This document shows, piece by piece, positions 22,962 through 34,934 of a DNA stretch of 64,000 nt. Location of the stretch: positions 66,774,001-66,838,000 of the forward strand of contig NC_043002.1 of the NCBI RefSeq assembly GCF_006345805.1. Reading direction: 5' to 3'. Numbering within the stretch: position 1 is the first letter of the stretch; each line of letters starts with the position of its first letter. Source of the DNA: Octopus sinensis. Taxonomy: Eukaryota. Both the position numbers and the translations under genes were made by a program. Below the pieces are notes generated by a model that was not told the origin of the DNA, did not search any database, and was given only the letters and a program-made list of their open reading frames with translations.

Positions 22962-25900
22962 GGGTTGTAACCCAGTACAACCTGTTACATGGTCGGGTCG
23001 TTGGCGACTAAACTGGCAACCCCACCAAGATTTCTTGGTGAGGAGGGTGATTTGGACACCCAGCAGGACTAAAAACAAAACCTGTCAAAGGGCAGAGGAA
23101 CTCTCTCATGAGTCAATGGCCATCCAAAATCCGGAGTGGAGCCCCTAGGCGGTTGGATTGCCCATGCGTGCCACCTTCCGGCAGCTCCTGCATCTTGGTC
23201 TACCCCCAGTCGTCTTGACTTTGTCTTGCCACTGGATCCGGCGCACCAGGACGAGAGAGTGAGGCTGATCCTGCGCAAGTCCCCCTCACTATAATCCAAG
23301 TCACGCGCATGTCACGACATCATGACGCCATGACCCCCATCCCAAATCCTGTGGCGATGGGGAAACGGCGAAGTAGCAGGTGAGGATACACTGGGAGCTG
23401 CAGTCGTGAACCACACACCAGGCGGCTCAGGACATGTGGTCCCCCCCTCACTGAACTGAGGCAGCAGTGGAGTCCGGCAGCCTCCTGAGTGACCGAGCAG
23501 CCCTCTCGGATCGCTCTGCTCGCCTCCCCAGCATGAGGACGGGGCTAGAAAAGGTTGCCCTAACATAGCCTGCCTCACCTCACCCTGGTCAGCAAACCGC
23601 GGCTGGCGGGGATCCTTTCCAAGCGATCGAAACAAAGAAAGAAGAAAACAAACAAAGGTGCTCACTTTCGCAACTTGGAACGTGAGAACTCTGCTTGACA
23701 ACACCAAAGGGACAGACCCAGAGAGAACTGCCCTGGTGGCCAGAGAACTGAGCCGATACAGTGTCGATATTGCAGCACTGAGCGAGACCCGCCTTGCGGA
23801 CAAAGGCCAGCTGACAGAGACAGGCGGCGGCTACACTTTCTTTTGGAGTGGTCGCAGCAGCGAAGAGCGTCGTGAGGCTGGTGTTGGTTTTTGCCATTAA
23901 GTCAGTACACGTGCGGAAACTGGAAAGCCCCCCCGAGGGTAATCAACGATCGGCTGATGAATGCAGCTCCCACTTGGAAACAAGACTAGTGCGACCATCA
24001 TCAGTGCTTACCCCCACCATGACCAACCCGAAGAAGTTAAGGACAGGTTCTATGAGGAACTCGACTCCCTCATCACGTCAGCCCGCCTGGGAAGCTCATC
24101 CTCCTTGGGGATTTAACGCCCGTGTCGGGACTGACCACCAAGCCTGGCATCGCGTACTGGGAAAGCAAGGAATCGGAAAGTGTCAACAGCAACGGACAGC
24201 TCCTCCTGCGTGCGTGTGCCTCTCATGATCTTACCATCGCCAACACCTTGTTCCGTCTGCCAACACGCAACAAGACATCATGGATGCATCCACGCTCCAA
24301 ACACTGGCATCTGATAGATTACGTCATCGTCAGGGCGAAAGACCCCAGCGGACGTGAGACTGGTCAAAGCCATGTGCGGAGCTGACTGCTGGACGGACCA
24401 TCGCCTCATTCATCTCTCAGGAGGATTTCTACATCCGACCTAAGAGAAGACCACGGGTCAGAAGTGACGAGGAAGCTTAACACACGAAATTAAGGAACCA
24501 GCTGACTGCCCAATATCTCAGTCACGTATGGACAGTAAGCTGTTGGACATTCGGAGTGACCAGTCCAGCATCGATGGCAGTGGGAATCATTCAGGGACAC
24601 GGTTCATTCCATCGCCCTTGAACTCTGGGCCAAATTACGAGGAACCACCAGGACTGGTTCGACGAAACGACCAGGAAATCCAAAACTCCTGGAAGAGAAA
24701 CGCCGTCTGCTGCGGGCTCACCAAAATGACACACACTGCACGGCAAAAGGCCGCTTTCAACAACATTCGCAGCACAGTCAGGCTAACTCCCGCCTCATGC
24801 AAGATGCATGGTTAAGCGCCAAGGCGGATGAGATTCAGGGATACGCAGACAACACGACACAAGAAATTCTACGAGGCGCTGAAAGCTGTCTATGGACCGC
24901 AGTTCGGACCCTTCTCTTTGGATCAACCCCCCCTGCTCAGCTCAATGGAACCTCACTCCTGACTAACAAGGCTGATCCTGGAGAGATGGGCGGAGCACTT
25001 CAACATCGTGCTTAACCGACCAGCCCAGATCAACGAGGAAGCCATCGCATCCACGACTCCCCCAGTGCCGACAAACCACGAGTTGGCTGTTTCCCCCTGC
25101 AGTCGGGGAAGTGAGCAGAGCCATCAAAAAATGTCCCACCGGCAAAGCTCCAGGCTCTGACGCCATCCTGCAGAGGTGTTCAGTCGGGAGGCCCCACCAT
25201 GATCAGTCAGCTCACCAGCCTGTTCCAGTCGATGTGGGACAGGGAACAACTCCTCAAGATTTCCGGGATGCAACAATCGTCCCACATTTATAAGCGGAAA
25301 GGAGATCGGCAGTCCTGCGACACCACCGAGGCATTTCCCTCTCTGTCCATAGCAGGCAAGATCCGCCGCGGGTCCTGCTTGACCGCCTCTGGAACACTTG
25401 GAGCAAGGCCTTCTCCCTGAGAGCCCAGTGTGGCTTCCATGCGGGTCGAGGGACCCTGACATGATTTCGCCGCCCGCCAGCTCCAGGAGAAATGGCATGG
25501 AGGCCACCTTGACCTCTGCATGACCTTTGTTGACCTCACCAAGGCCTTGATACAGTCAGTCGGGAGGGACTATGGAAGGTCATGGGAAAATTTGGTTGCC
25601 CCCGCAAATTTATTGCAATTGTCCGCCAGTTCCACGACGGAATGACAGCCAGAATCCTTGAGGACGGCGACTCATGAAGCCTTCCAGGTGACCAACGGAG
25701 TCAGGCAGGGCAGTGTCCTGGCCCCAACACTGTTCAGCATCATGTTCTCGGCATGTGCCGACGCCCTTTAGGGACTGCAAGTCCGGTATCAACATCAAGT
25801 ACAGGACAACGGGAAACTTTTCAACTCCAGGAGATTGCAGGGCTGTCACAAAGGTGAGGGAGACAGTCGTCAGAGACTTTCTCTTTGCTGACGACTGCGC

Positions 25901-26930
25901 CCTTAATGCAATCGATGAGCAGGAGATGCAGCTCGAGATGGACAGGTTTCTCATCAGCCTGTGACAACTTCGGTCTCACCATCAGTGCCAAGAAAACCGA
26001 AGTGATGTTTCAGCCAGCACCCGGCAAACAATACCATGAGCCTCAGATAGGGTGAACGGACGGATCTTACGAGTGGTGGAAAACTTCCCCTCACCTACCT
26101 GGGCAGCACTCTCTCCTGCAATGCCAACATAGATGCTGAAACCATCACAGAATCTCCAAGGCAAGCAGGCGCGCGTTTGGGAGACTGCGAAAGAAGGTCT
26201 GGGAGCGGAGAGGAATCAGCCTCAACACCAAGCTGAAAGTCTACCGGGCAGTCGTGCTTACCACTCTACTATACGGCTGCGAGACGTGGACTGCTCCGAA
26301 GGCACGAGCGCCAGATAAACCACTTCCCTCTCAGGTGTCTTCGGACTCCTTCACATTCCGCCTGGCAGGACAAAGTCCCAGACACGGAAGTTCTGAAGCA
26401 GGCAGATCTCCCTAGCACCATCACCATCATGCGCAGAACCCAGCTGAGATGGGCGGGCCACGTCTCCCGCATGTCCGACACTCGCACCCAAAACAGCTCT
26501 TCTACGTCTTACTACGTGAACTCGGCCAGGGCAGGCGCAAAGTCGAGGGCAGAAAAAGCGCTACAATGTAGTCTCAAGGTCTCTCTCAAAGACTTCTCCA
26601 TCGAACAGAGACCTGGGAGCACTTGCTGGCCTCGCCAACCGCTCATCATCCTGGCGCAGCGCACGCAATCACCGTGGGAGCAGGGACAAGCCGAGGAGGG
26701 ACGGATTCGGTCAGCGGAGCATAAACGTCGATGCGTAAAGTCAGGCCGCCTGCACCAGTGCAGCACTGCCCTAGCACTGCCCCTACCCACTTCTGCCCGC
26801 CCACCTGTGGGAGGGGCTTCCTTGCCCGATTGGCCTCACCAGCCACCTCCGGTCTCATGGCGGCAGTTCCATCAGATGATGTCAGTTGGTCTCTTCGAAC
26901 CGAAGGACGAAATTATTATTATTATCATTA
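22962..26930 (+). mobile_element. Full-length RTE-clade LINE (APE endonuclease + RT), multiply frameshifted
   Basis: APE motifs ATWNVRTLLD, DIAALSETR, WMHPRSKHWHLIDY, DHR. RT motifs NGVRQG..LAP.LF and FLFADD. C-terminal CPTCGR finger, (ATT)n tail, and ~17-bp TSD tatgtatctatctatct (22945-61; 26931-47). Confidence 0.95.
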
Positions 26931-26952
26931 TATGTATCTATCTATCTATCTA

Positions 26953-26989
<37 letters not shown>

Positions 26990-27017
26990 ATATATATATA
27001 TATATTGTGTGTGTGTG

Positions 27018-27067
<50 letters not shown>

Positions 27068-27162
27068 AGAGAGAGGGAGAAAAGAAAGAGAGGGAGAGAG
27101 ACGTTGGGTTTCTGCCAGCTTCCGTTTACCAAATCCTCACAAGACGCCCATGGGCACGACAA

Positions 27163-27234
<72 letters not shown>

Positions 27235-27236
27235 AA
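27163..27236. repeat. (AAAG)n microsatellite
   Basis: Direct reading. Confidence 0.95.
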
Positions 27237-28230
27237 AATGATGGCACAAGGTTATGAAATGTCTAATGATACAGGCTATCGGGAAAACATTATCAACAGA
27301 AGGACGTTCAATGGCTGAGCAAAAGATGCTCTTTGAAAATGAATTTAATTACCGTAGTTCGATGAAACAATTCGTTTGCGTATGTGTGTGTGTGTCTGTG
27401 TTTGTTTGTGTGTATGCGTATGTATGTGTATGTGTCAGTATGTACGTTTTGTATATGCCTTCGTGTGTAAGTGCGTTTGTGTGTGTGTTGCCTTTACAAA
27501 AGAAGGTACAGCAAAAAGAAAAAAATCTAGATACTCCACCACAAAAGAAAAAAGGAAAAAAAAAACAGAATTCTGTTCATTTTGGTGTGAGGAGAGAAGC
27601 ACTATCTAATATTTTGGGCATAGACCTTCATCAGAGAAAGATGAGACAATTATGCATATTTTGATCGAACCACCCGCGGCGAAAGATAAACTCTAACGTG
27701 TTGGAGTAAGATTGCGTTGCGATGCAGAGTCTCAAAGAAAAACAACGGTGTCGGTGGGTAACGAAACATTAGCGACTACACAGTAACATGAAGTAACATT
27801 ATATTTTTAAGAGTAAATAAGACACTGAGACATTTTAGTGTATGTGATTAACATAGTTCTTGTCCATGAACGGCTGACTGAGAATTGCGACCTTATAAAA
27901 TATCTTTGATATATTTCTGAGCAACTCAACTTGAATTATTTAGATATGATATACAACTTGCAGGTTTCACAAAATATATTTTTTATTTTTTTATTTTTCT
28001 TGTTATTTCTCACTTGATATGTCATTTACTAACGCGAGTAACTGCTTATAAGATGTGATTAAAATCCAGTTATTCATGCTAGGACAATAATAATGACAAA
28101 ACAAAACTACATACATACATACATACATACATTCAATAGAATAGAAAGATAAAATCACGTTAATGATTATATCAGGGAGTCAGCATGAAATAAAAAATTA
28201 TAGGTAATTTATATATTATATTATTAATTA

Positions 28231-28297
<67 letters not shown>

Positions 28298-28553
28298 AAG
28301 GGATCAGGGCGAAACGGCTATCTACTACATGCTTGAAATAAATGTCAAGGCACTAAGAAACTACTGAATAACTCCAAAAAGACACAGGTTGTAACTATTA
28401 ATTTATATATATATATAACGAGGGTAGAAATTAATATTATAAATTATATTAATTTAAACCAGTGGCTAACATACTTAAAAAATTCCGAGGACATATATAT
28501 ACACACATACATATATACAACGCGCGCGCACAACACACACACACACACACACA

Positions 28554-28595
<42 letters not shown>

Positions 28596-28599
28596 ATAG

Positions 28600-28750
28600 T
28601 TGAAGTTTATAGAAAAACAAAAGACGAAGACAGGTGTATGAACAACAAGCGAGTGCATTAGCTTGACGCTCGAGAAAGATGAAAAACTCTTTTACGTTTC
28701 GAGCCTACGCTCTTCAACTGAAAGGAATAAGAGAAAATAGAGGGAATGGA
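28600..28750 (-). mobile_element. Family D PLE-type terminal repeat (HHR-like motif 28689-28724, core mutated)
   Basis: Minus strand CUUU-CAGUUGA-A-GAGC(GUAG)GCUC-GAAAC-GUA-AAAG. Confidence 0.75.
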
Positions 28751-28899
28751 AAAAAACTTGTAGAGTTCAGCTGTCCAACATATATAAGATTATTTGTTAT
28801 AGCCGGTGCTAGTATCACCATTGGTGGCGCCTTATAGGTGCGAAGCCAATAGCCACTCTCTGACCGGCCATAACAAACAACCTTTCTGTAAAGTTTCAG

Positions 28900-29140
28900 G
28901 GTACTTCTTTTTCGGATATATGAATTACAGACCGATAAATATATACAAAAGTGTGCAGTGGAGTGAAAGCATTTTAAGAATTCAGGATGACCCATGCGAA
29001 ACTCAAAAGAAATTTAAAGAAAAATGCTACGATCAACGAGAAAATTAATCCCAACAATCTTTCTGCGTGCACAATTTGTAACAGACCATGTCTTTCTTTT
29101 GCTGGGCTCGAATCTCATTTGCGGACCCAGGAAAAATGAA
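28900..29140 (+). mobile_element. Old RTE LINE 3' fragment with C2H2-like finger
   Basis: ACTICNRPCLSFAGLESHLRT at ~29060-29130. Confidence 0.6.
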
Positions 29141-30014
29141 CCTCCAATAACTACTCTGCCTAACTATCCGTGCATACCTGTCAATGCCGTGTATGTCATA
29201 AGGTCTGCAAATCTAACAGAGGCCCCAAAGATCAGAAACCTATCTGCAGTTCATGGTGATCCAAAGTAGATATGCAATTTATGTGGATGTCTTTTCAAAA
29301 CATTATCTGGTTTAAAAAGCCACATCAGACGCCATGATAGATCTAAGGTGTCGTCGCCATCATCATAGTCATCGTCATAATTTTAATCTAACTTCCATGC
29401 TGGTAAGGGCCGGACAACTTAACGGTATCCAAAGTCGGAAGCACACATCTTGTCCCAGTGCCTCACTTTTGACATGGTATCTATGGCTTGAAATCCTTCT
29501 TAAAATCAACCATTTTACTGGATACTTTTTCATGGCACCAGCACCAATGAAGTCGCCTTGTAACCTGCAAGACAAAAGAGGCACATTGACTCAGAAGAAG
29601 GGGAAGAAATAAAGTGGTTGTTTTATACGTGGTATTGAGAGATTCAAATGTATGATGGGAGGAGTATGAACAGGTTTTATTGTGGTGGTGGAAATCCATA
29701 GGCAGTTTACATTTCGTATGCCTTGATAGGGGTTACTGAAGTGGTACCCGAAAGAAGGTGGCAGAATGTACTCTCAAGGTAACATATCTATGAAGGTGAA
29801 TATGAGAGTGCGAGTATATAGAAGAATCAAGGGGTGAAGCTGAAAGACTGTACGAGGTGAGTGAGAGATGGCTGCATACAAGAGGTGGAGATTGAGAGAT
29901 GTATATAGGCTATGAATGTAGTGAATGGAATATATAAATATTTGCTTGTGTATAAGTATATAAATGAGGAGCATTTCATCTGTCATGCGTAATTCATTAC
30001 AAGTTATGTGAATG

Positions 30015-30037
30015 TGTCTGTCTGTCTGTCTATCAAA

Positions 30038-30099
<62 letters not shown>

Positions 30100-30239
30100 C
30101 TATCTATCTATCTAGCTAGCTAGCAACCTATTTATCTATCAATCTGTCTGCTTAATATTTATCTATATACATCAATATATCTATAGCTATACCTACATCT
30201 GTCCATGTATCTGTGTGTGGATTTCTGTTCTTTCTGTCT

Positions 30240-30308
<69 letters not shown>

Positions 30309-30331
30309 ATTCTACCTATCTATCATTCTAC

Positions 30332-30399
<68 letters not shown>

Positions 30400-30507
30400 A
30401 TCTAGCTAACTAGCTATCTGTTTATCTACCACTCTACTTAATATTTATCTGTCATCTATCTCTCTCTCCATATGTATGTGTGTGCGTATTTCTGTTTTGT
30501 CTGTCTA

Positions 30508-30574
<67 letters not shown>

Positions 30575-30580
30575 TTATTT
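30015..30580. repeat. (TATC)n arrays
   Basis: Three arrays; source of the YLSI ORFs. Confidence 0.95.
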
Positions 30581-31374
30581 ATTTATTTATGTTGATCTAT
30601 CAATCTATCAATATAGCTACAGCTATATCTATTTTTCTATCAACATCTACCTACATCTGCCTACATCTACCTACCTATCTATATAAATCTGTGTGTGTGT
30701 GTGTGTGTGTGTAAAACAGTGGGCTAAGAATTGTGAAAGATTTAAACGTTCAAATCCCAATGTCACCTCCTACAAGAAAAGGTTAAACGGAATAAGATGT
30801 GGCGGGGCGGGGTTCAGAGTGGGGGCGTTGAAGGTAAAAAATGTCAGTAGAAGTACCTTTCTCTCTATCTATCTCTCTTCTCTCTCTGCCTCCTCTCTCT
30901 CTCTCTCTCGATTTGTAAATATCACTTCGTAAAAAAATTCTTATCTGGAATGTTGTAGAAATGGAGAAAAAGCGCGAGGTGTGGCAGGAGTGCTTCCGAA
31001 ATCTGCCGATGAAACCTACATTTTCTCAATGAAATACATTTATCGCAGCTTCCTTTCTGTTTCCTGCCAAATGATAACAAAAAATCTTGATAATGATGAT
31101 AAGAAATAAATAACACCCACAAGAGTACCAATTACGAGGATTTCTAACATAGGCGTAAATCGACCGCGTTTTGGAGAAGAGGTATAGTCATGTACTTCGG
31201 CTCCTGTACTTCTTTCACTAGTACTTTAATTTATCGGTCAAGAAAACACGAAAGCCATAACCATCAACCACAGTTAAATATGAACTTACAACGTAAAGGA
31301 ACGTATTCGAATATCGCAAGTCGGTTCGCCCGTTGCTCAACAGATCCTGTCAACGCTGCATTCGCAAATCTTCA

Positions 31375-31826
31375 ACTTGTTTCAGTCATTAGACTGCGAC
31401 CATCCTGGGATACCGTCTTGAAGAATTCATAGTCGATCCCAGTACTTGGTTTCTGAAGGCTGGTACTTATTTTATTGATCTATTTCGTCGAACTGCTAAG
31501 TTACGGGGACGTAAACACACCAACACCTGTTGTCAAGCGGTGGTTAAAGGGTTTTTAGGACAAACACCGTCACAAAGACATACACTCAGGTATGGACGCG
31601 CGTGCGCGCACACACACTATCACGCACATATACACTCACACACAAACATCCTCACACATATATGCATACATACATACGACGGGATTCTCTCAGTTTTCAT
31701 TTTCCAGATCCACTTTGGTCGGCCCGAGACTGTTATGGAAAACACTTGCCCAAGGTGCCACGCAGTGAGACTGAACCTAGAACCATGTGGTTGGGAAACA
31801 AACTTCTTACCACACAGCCACGCCTG
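31375..31826 (-). mobile_element. SINE family B
   Basis: Reverse complement of the family B head and tail. Confidence 0.8.
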
Positions 31827-31849
31827 CACCCAATTGTTTTTCCTTTTGG

Positions 31850-32271
31850 CAGAAGACCAGCTATTTTGAGAGGAGAGAACAAGTCAATTACGTTGACCTC
31901 AGTACTTAGCTGGTACTTTGTTTTATCGACCTCAGATAGACGAGAGTCAAAGTTAGTCTCGGTGAAATTTGAACTCGGAACGTAAAGATCCGGAACAACT
32001 GCCACAAAGCATTTTTTCCCGAAGCTCTTACGACTCTACCAGCTCTCTACTTAGTGAGTGAGTGTATGTCTTTGCGACTGTCCTCGTCCCCCACCCACGT
32101 CCCCATAACTTAGCAGTTCGGCGAAAGAGATCAATAAAATAAGTACCAGCCTTCAGAAAGGATGAAAGACAAAGTCGACCTCGGCGGAATCTGAACCCAG
32201 AGCGTAGCGACGGACGAAATGCCGCTAAGCTTTTTTCCCCGACGTGCTAACGGTTCCGCCAGCTTGCCGCC

Positions 32272-32272
<1 letters not shown>
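31850..32272 (-). mobile_element. Mosaic of SINE A/B fragments
   Basis: Family motifs visible. Confidence 0.7.
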
Positions 32273-32316
<44 letters not shown>

Positions 32317-32561
32317 TAATAATACTGATTTCATTTATTTGCCAAAAGTGCGAAAGATGAGGGGACAATACAGAGACAGACATAAAGTGTGGTCGTTTAA
32401 ATTTCTGCAATTTTAAATTTTTATCACTTCTTATTTTGAACTTGACACAGACGTACTGTGAAATATCGTTCAACTAATAAAATATCTTACAATCGAATCG
32501 CGCTCTTCGTCTTGACTGTTTACCTTTGTGAAGAGTTAGGTCAATACTTTTTAAAAATATG

Positions 32562-32595
<34 letters not shown>

Positions 32596-32839
32596 TGATG
32601 ATGATGATGATGATGATGATAGTGGTGATGATGATGGTGGTGGTGGTGGTGGTGGTGGTGGTGGTGTTGGTGGTGGTGATGTTGTAGAGGTGGTGTAGAT
32701 TTTTATGAATTCACAATGATACATCATCTAAGAGGAGGCGGGGTTTTTTGATTGACACGCTATGCCTTAATGGTATTTACTCTACTAAACTCGACACGAT
32801 GAATGCAAGCAGACGCCGAAGATTTCGTGAGTGACGTCA

Positions 32840-32939
32840 NNNNNNNNNNNNNNNNNNNNNNNNNNNNNNNNNNNNNNNNNNNNNNNNNNNNNNNNNNNNN
32901 NNNNNNNNNNNNNNNNNNNNNNNNNNNNNNNNNNNNNNN
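32840..32939. other. Assembly gap (100 N)
   Basis: N run. Confidence 1.
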
Positions 32940-34860
32940 TGTATGCGTGTGGGTGTGCGCGTGTGCATGCATGCATGCATGTGCGTATGTGTATGTGTGT
33001 GCATGTGTGTGGGTATATATGTATGTGTGAGTGTGTATGTGTGTGTGTGTAGGATGCATGTATGTGTATGAGTGTATGTATGTGTGTGTGTATGTATGTA
33101 TGTGTACGTGGCGTGTGTGTGTGGTATGCGTGTGGGTGTGCGCGTGTGCATGCATGCATGCATGTGCGTATGTGTGTGTGTGTGCATGTGTGTGGGTATA
33201 TATGTATGTGCGTATATGTGTTGTGTATGTGCGTACATGTGTGTGTGTATGCATGTGTGTGTATGTTAGGTGTGTAGGCGTGTGGTGTATAGGTGTATGT
33301 ATGTAAGTATGTATGGGTGTGTCCGTGTATGGTGTGTGTATGTATGTGTGTGTATGTAGGTGTGTGGGCGTGTGTATATGTTGTGTGTATGTAGGTGTGT
33401 GGGCGTTTGTATATAGGTGTATGTATGTATGTCTGGGTGTGTCCGTGCATGTTTGTGTGTGTGTGTATGCATGTGTATGTAGGTGTGTGTGTACGTGTGT
33501 AATGTGTGTGTGTATGCGTGTGTGTGCGTGTGTATGCGTGCGTGTGTGTATGTAGGTGCGTGTGTATGTGTGTGGAGTGTAGGTGTGTGTGTGCGTGGTG
33601 CGTGTTTATGTTGGTGTGTGCGTATGTGAGTGTGAGTGTATGGGTGTTTGTCATGCATGGTGTGCGCGTGCAGGTGAGTGTGTGTGTAAGTATGTGTGTG
33701 TGTATGTTTGTGTGAGTGTGTATGGTGTATGTCTGTGTGTATGTATGTGCGTATAGGAGTATGTAGGTATGTGTGTGTGTATGTGTATGGGTGTATGTAT
33801 GTATGTGTGTGTGTGCATGTGTATAAGTATATGTGTGTGTGTGCGTGTGTTGTGATGTATGTGTGTGTGTTATGTATGTGTGTATGTATATGTGTAGGCG
33901 TGTGTGTGTAGATGTATGTATGTATGGGTGTGTGTCTGTGTGTGTTTGTGTGTGTGTGTAGGTAGGTGTGTGTGTCTGAGTGAGGGTATGGCTGTGTAGG
34001 TGTGTGTGTGTATGAATGTAAGTGTGTGTGTGTACAAGTGTAATGTATGTATGTAGGTGTGTGTGTGGTGTATGTGTACGTGTGCGTGTGTATGTGTGTG
34101 TGTGTGTGTGTGTTGTGTATGCTTGTGTGTATGGGTGTATGTCTGTCTGTGTGTGTGTATTCTGAAGTAGGTATGTGTGTGTATGTATGTATGTGTGTGG
34201 TGTGTGCGGGTATGTGTGTGTATGTGTGTGTGTGAGTAGGTGTGGTGTGTATGTATGTGGGTAGGGATGCATGCGAGTGTGGGGTATGTATGCATACATA
34301 CGCACGCGCACATCCGAAGCAAGCCCACACACACGAAGCGCGCTCACGCACACAACGCACAAGCAATACAACGCAAGCCCAAGGGGCCGACCAAGCCCCC
34401 AGCGCGCGCCAAGGCGCGCGAGGGCAAAGGCCCTCGAACGCCCCGCTACGCGCGAACCGAGGAACCATCAGCCAAAACCGGAAAGCAGAAAAGAGGGGGG
34501 GCTGCCTGGATGCAAAAAGGTGTATGTGTGTGTGCATTCAGTGTAAGGGTGTGCATGTGTGGGTATGTATGTATGTGTGTGCCTACATGTATGTGTGCAT
34601 GTGTGTGTGTGTGAAGTATGTACGTGCGTGTGTGTGTGTGAGTGTGTGTGTATGCATGTGCGTATGTATGTGTGTATGTATGTGTGTATGTATGTCTGTG
34701 TGTGTGTGTGTGTGTGTAAGTATGTATGTGTGTGTGTATGTATGTATGTGTGTGTGTATGTGCATGTTGGTTTGTATGTTAGTGTGTGCATGTATGTCTA
34801 TAAGTGTGTGTGATTAAATGTGTGAATGTATATACGTAGATGGGTCTACGTATGTGTGTG
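32940..34860. repeat. Long imperfect (TG)-rich low-complexity tract
   Basis: Direct reading; source of the His/Thr-rich 400-500 aa ORFs. Confidence 0.9.
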
Positions 34861-34934
34861 TGTGAACAGGCGTGTGGGAGGTAGGTGGGTGGGTGTGTGT
34901 GGGTGGTGTATCCGGGAAAAAAAAAAAAAAAAAA

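Noticed and set aside
23950-23990. ctgatgaa...ggaaac motif inside the RTE
   Set aside because: Coding sequence of the endonuclease domain; no supporting stems.
26429-27318. 270-aa and 195-aa ORFs
   Set aside because: Frameshifted RTE C-terminus read through into microsatellites; not independent genes.
34310-34515. GC-rich island inside the TG tract with apparent ORFs
   Set aside because: It lies in error-prone sequence near the gap and resembles noisy read sequence; no recognisable motif.
32785-34537. 528-aa and 423-aa His/Thr-rich ORFs
   Set aside because: Translations of an imperfect (CA)n tract next to an assembly gap; no domain content.
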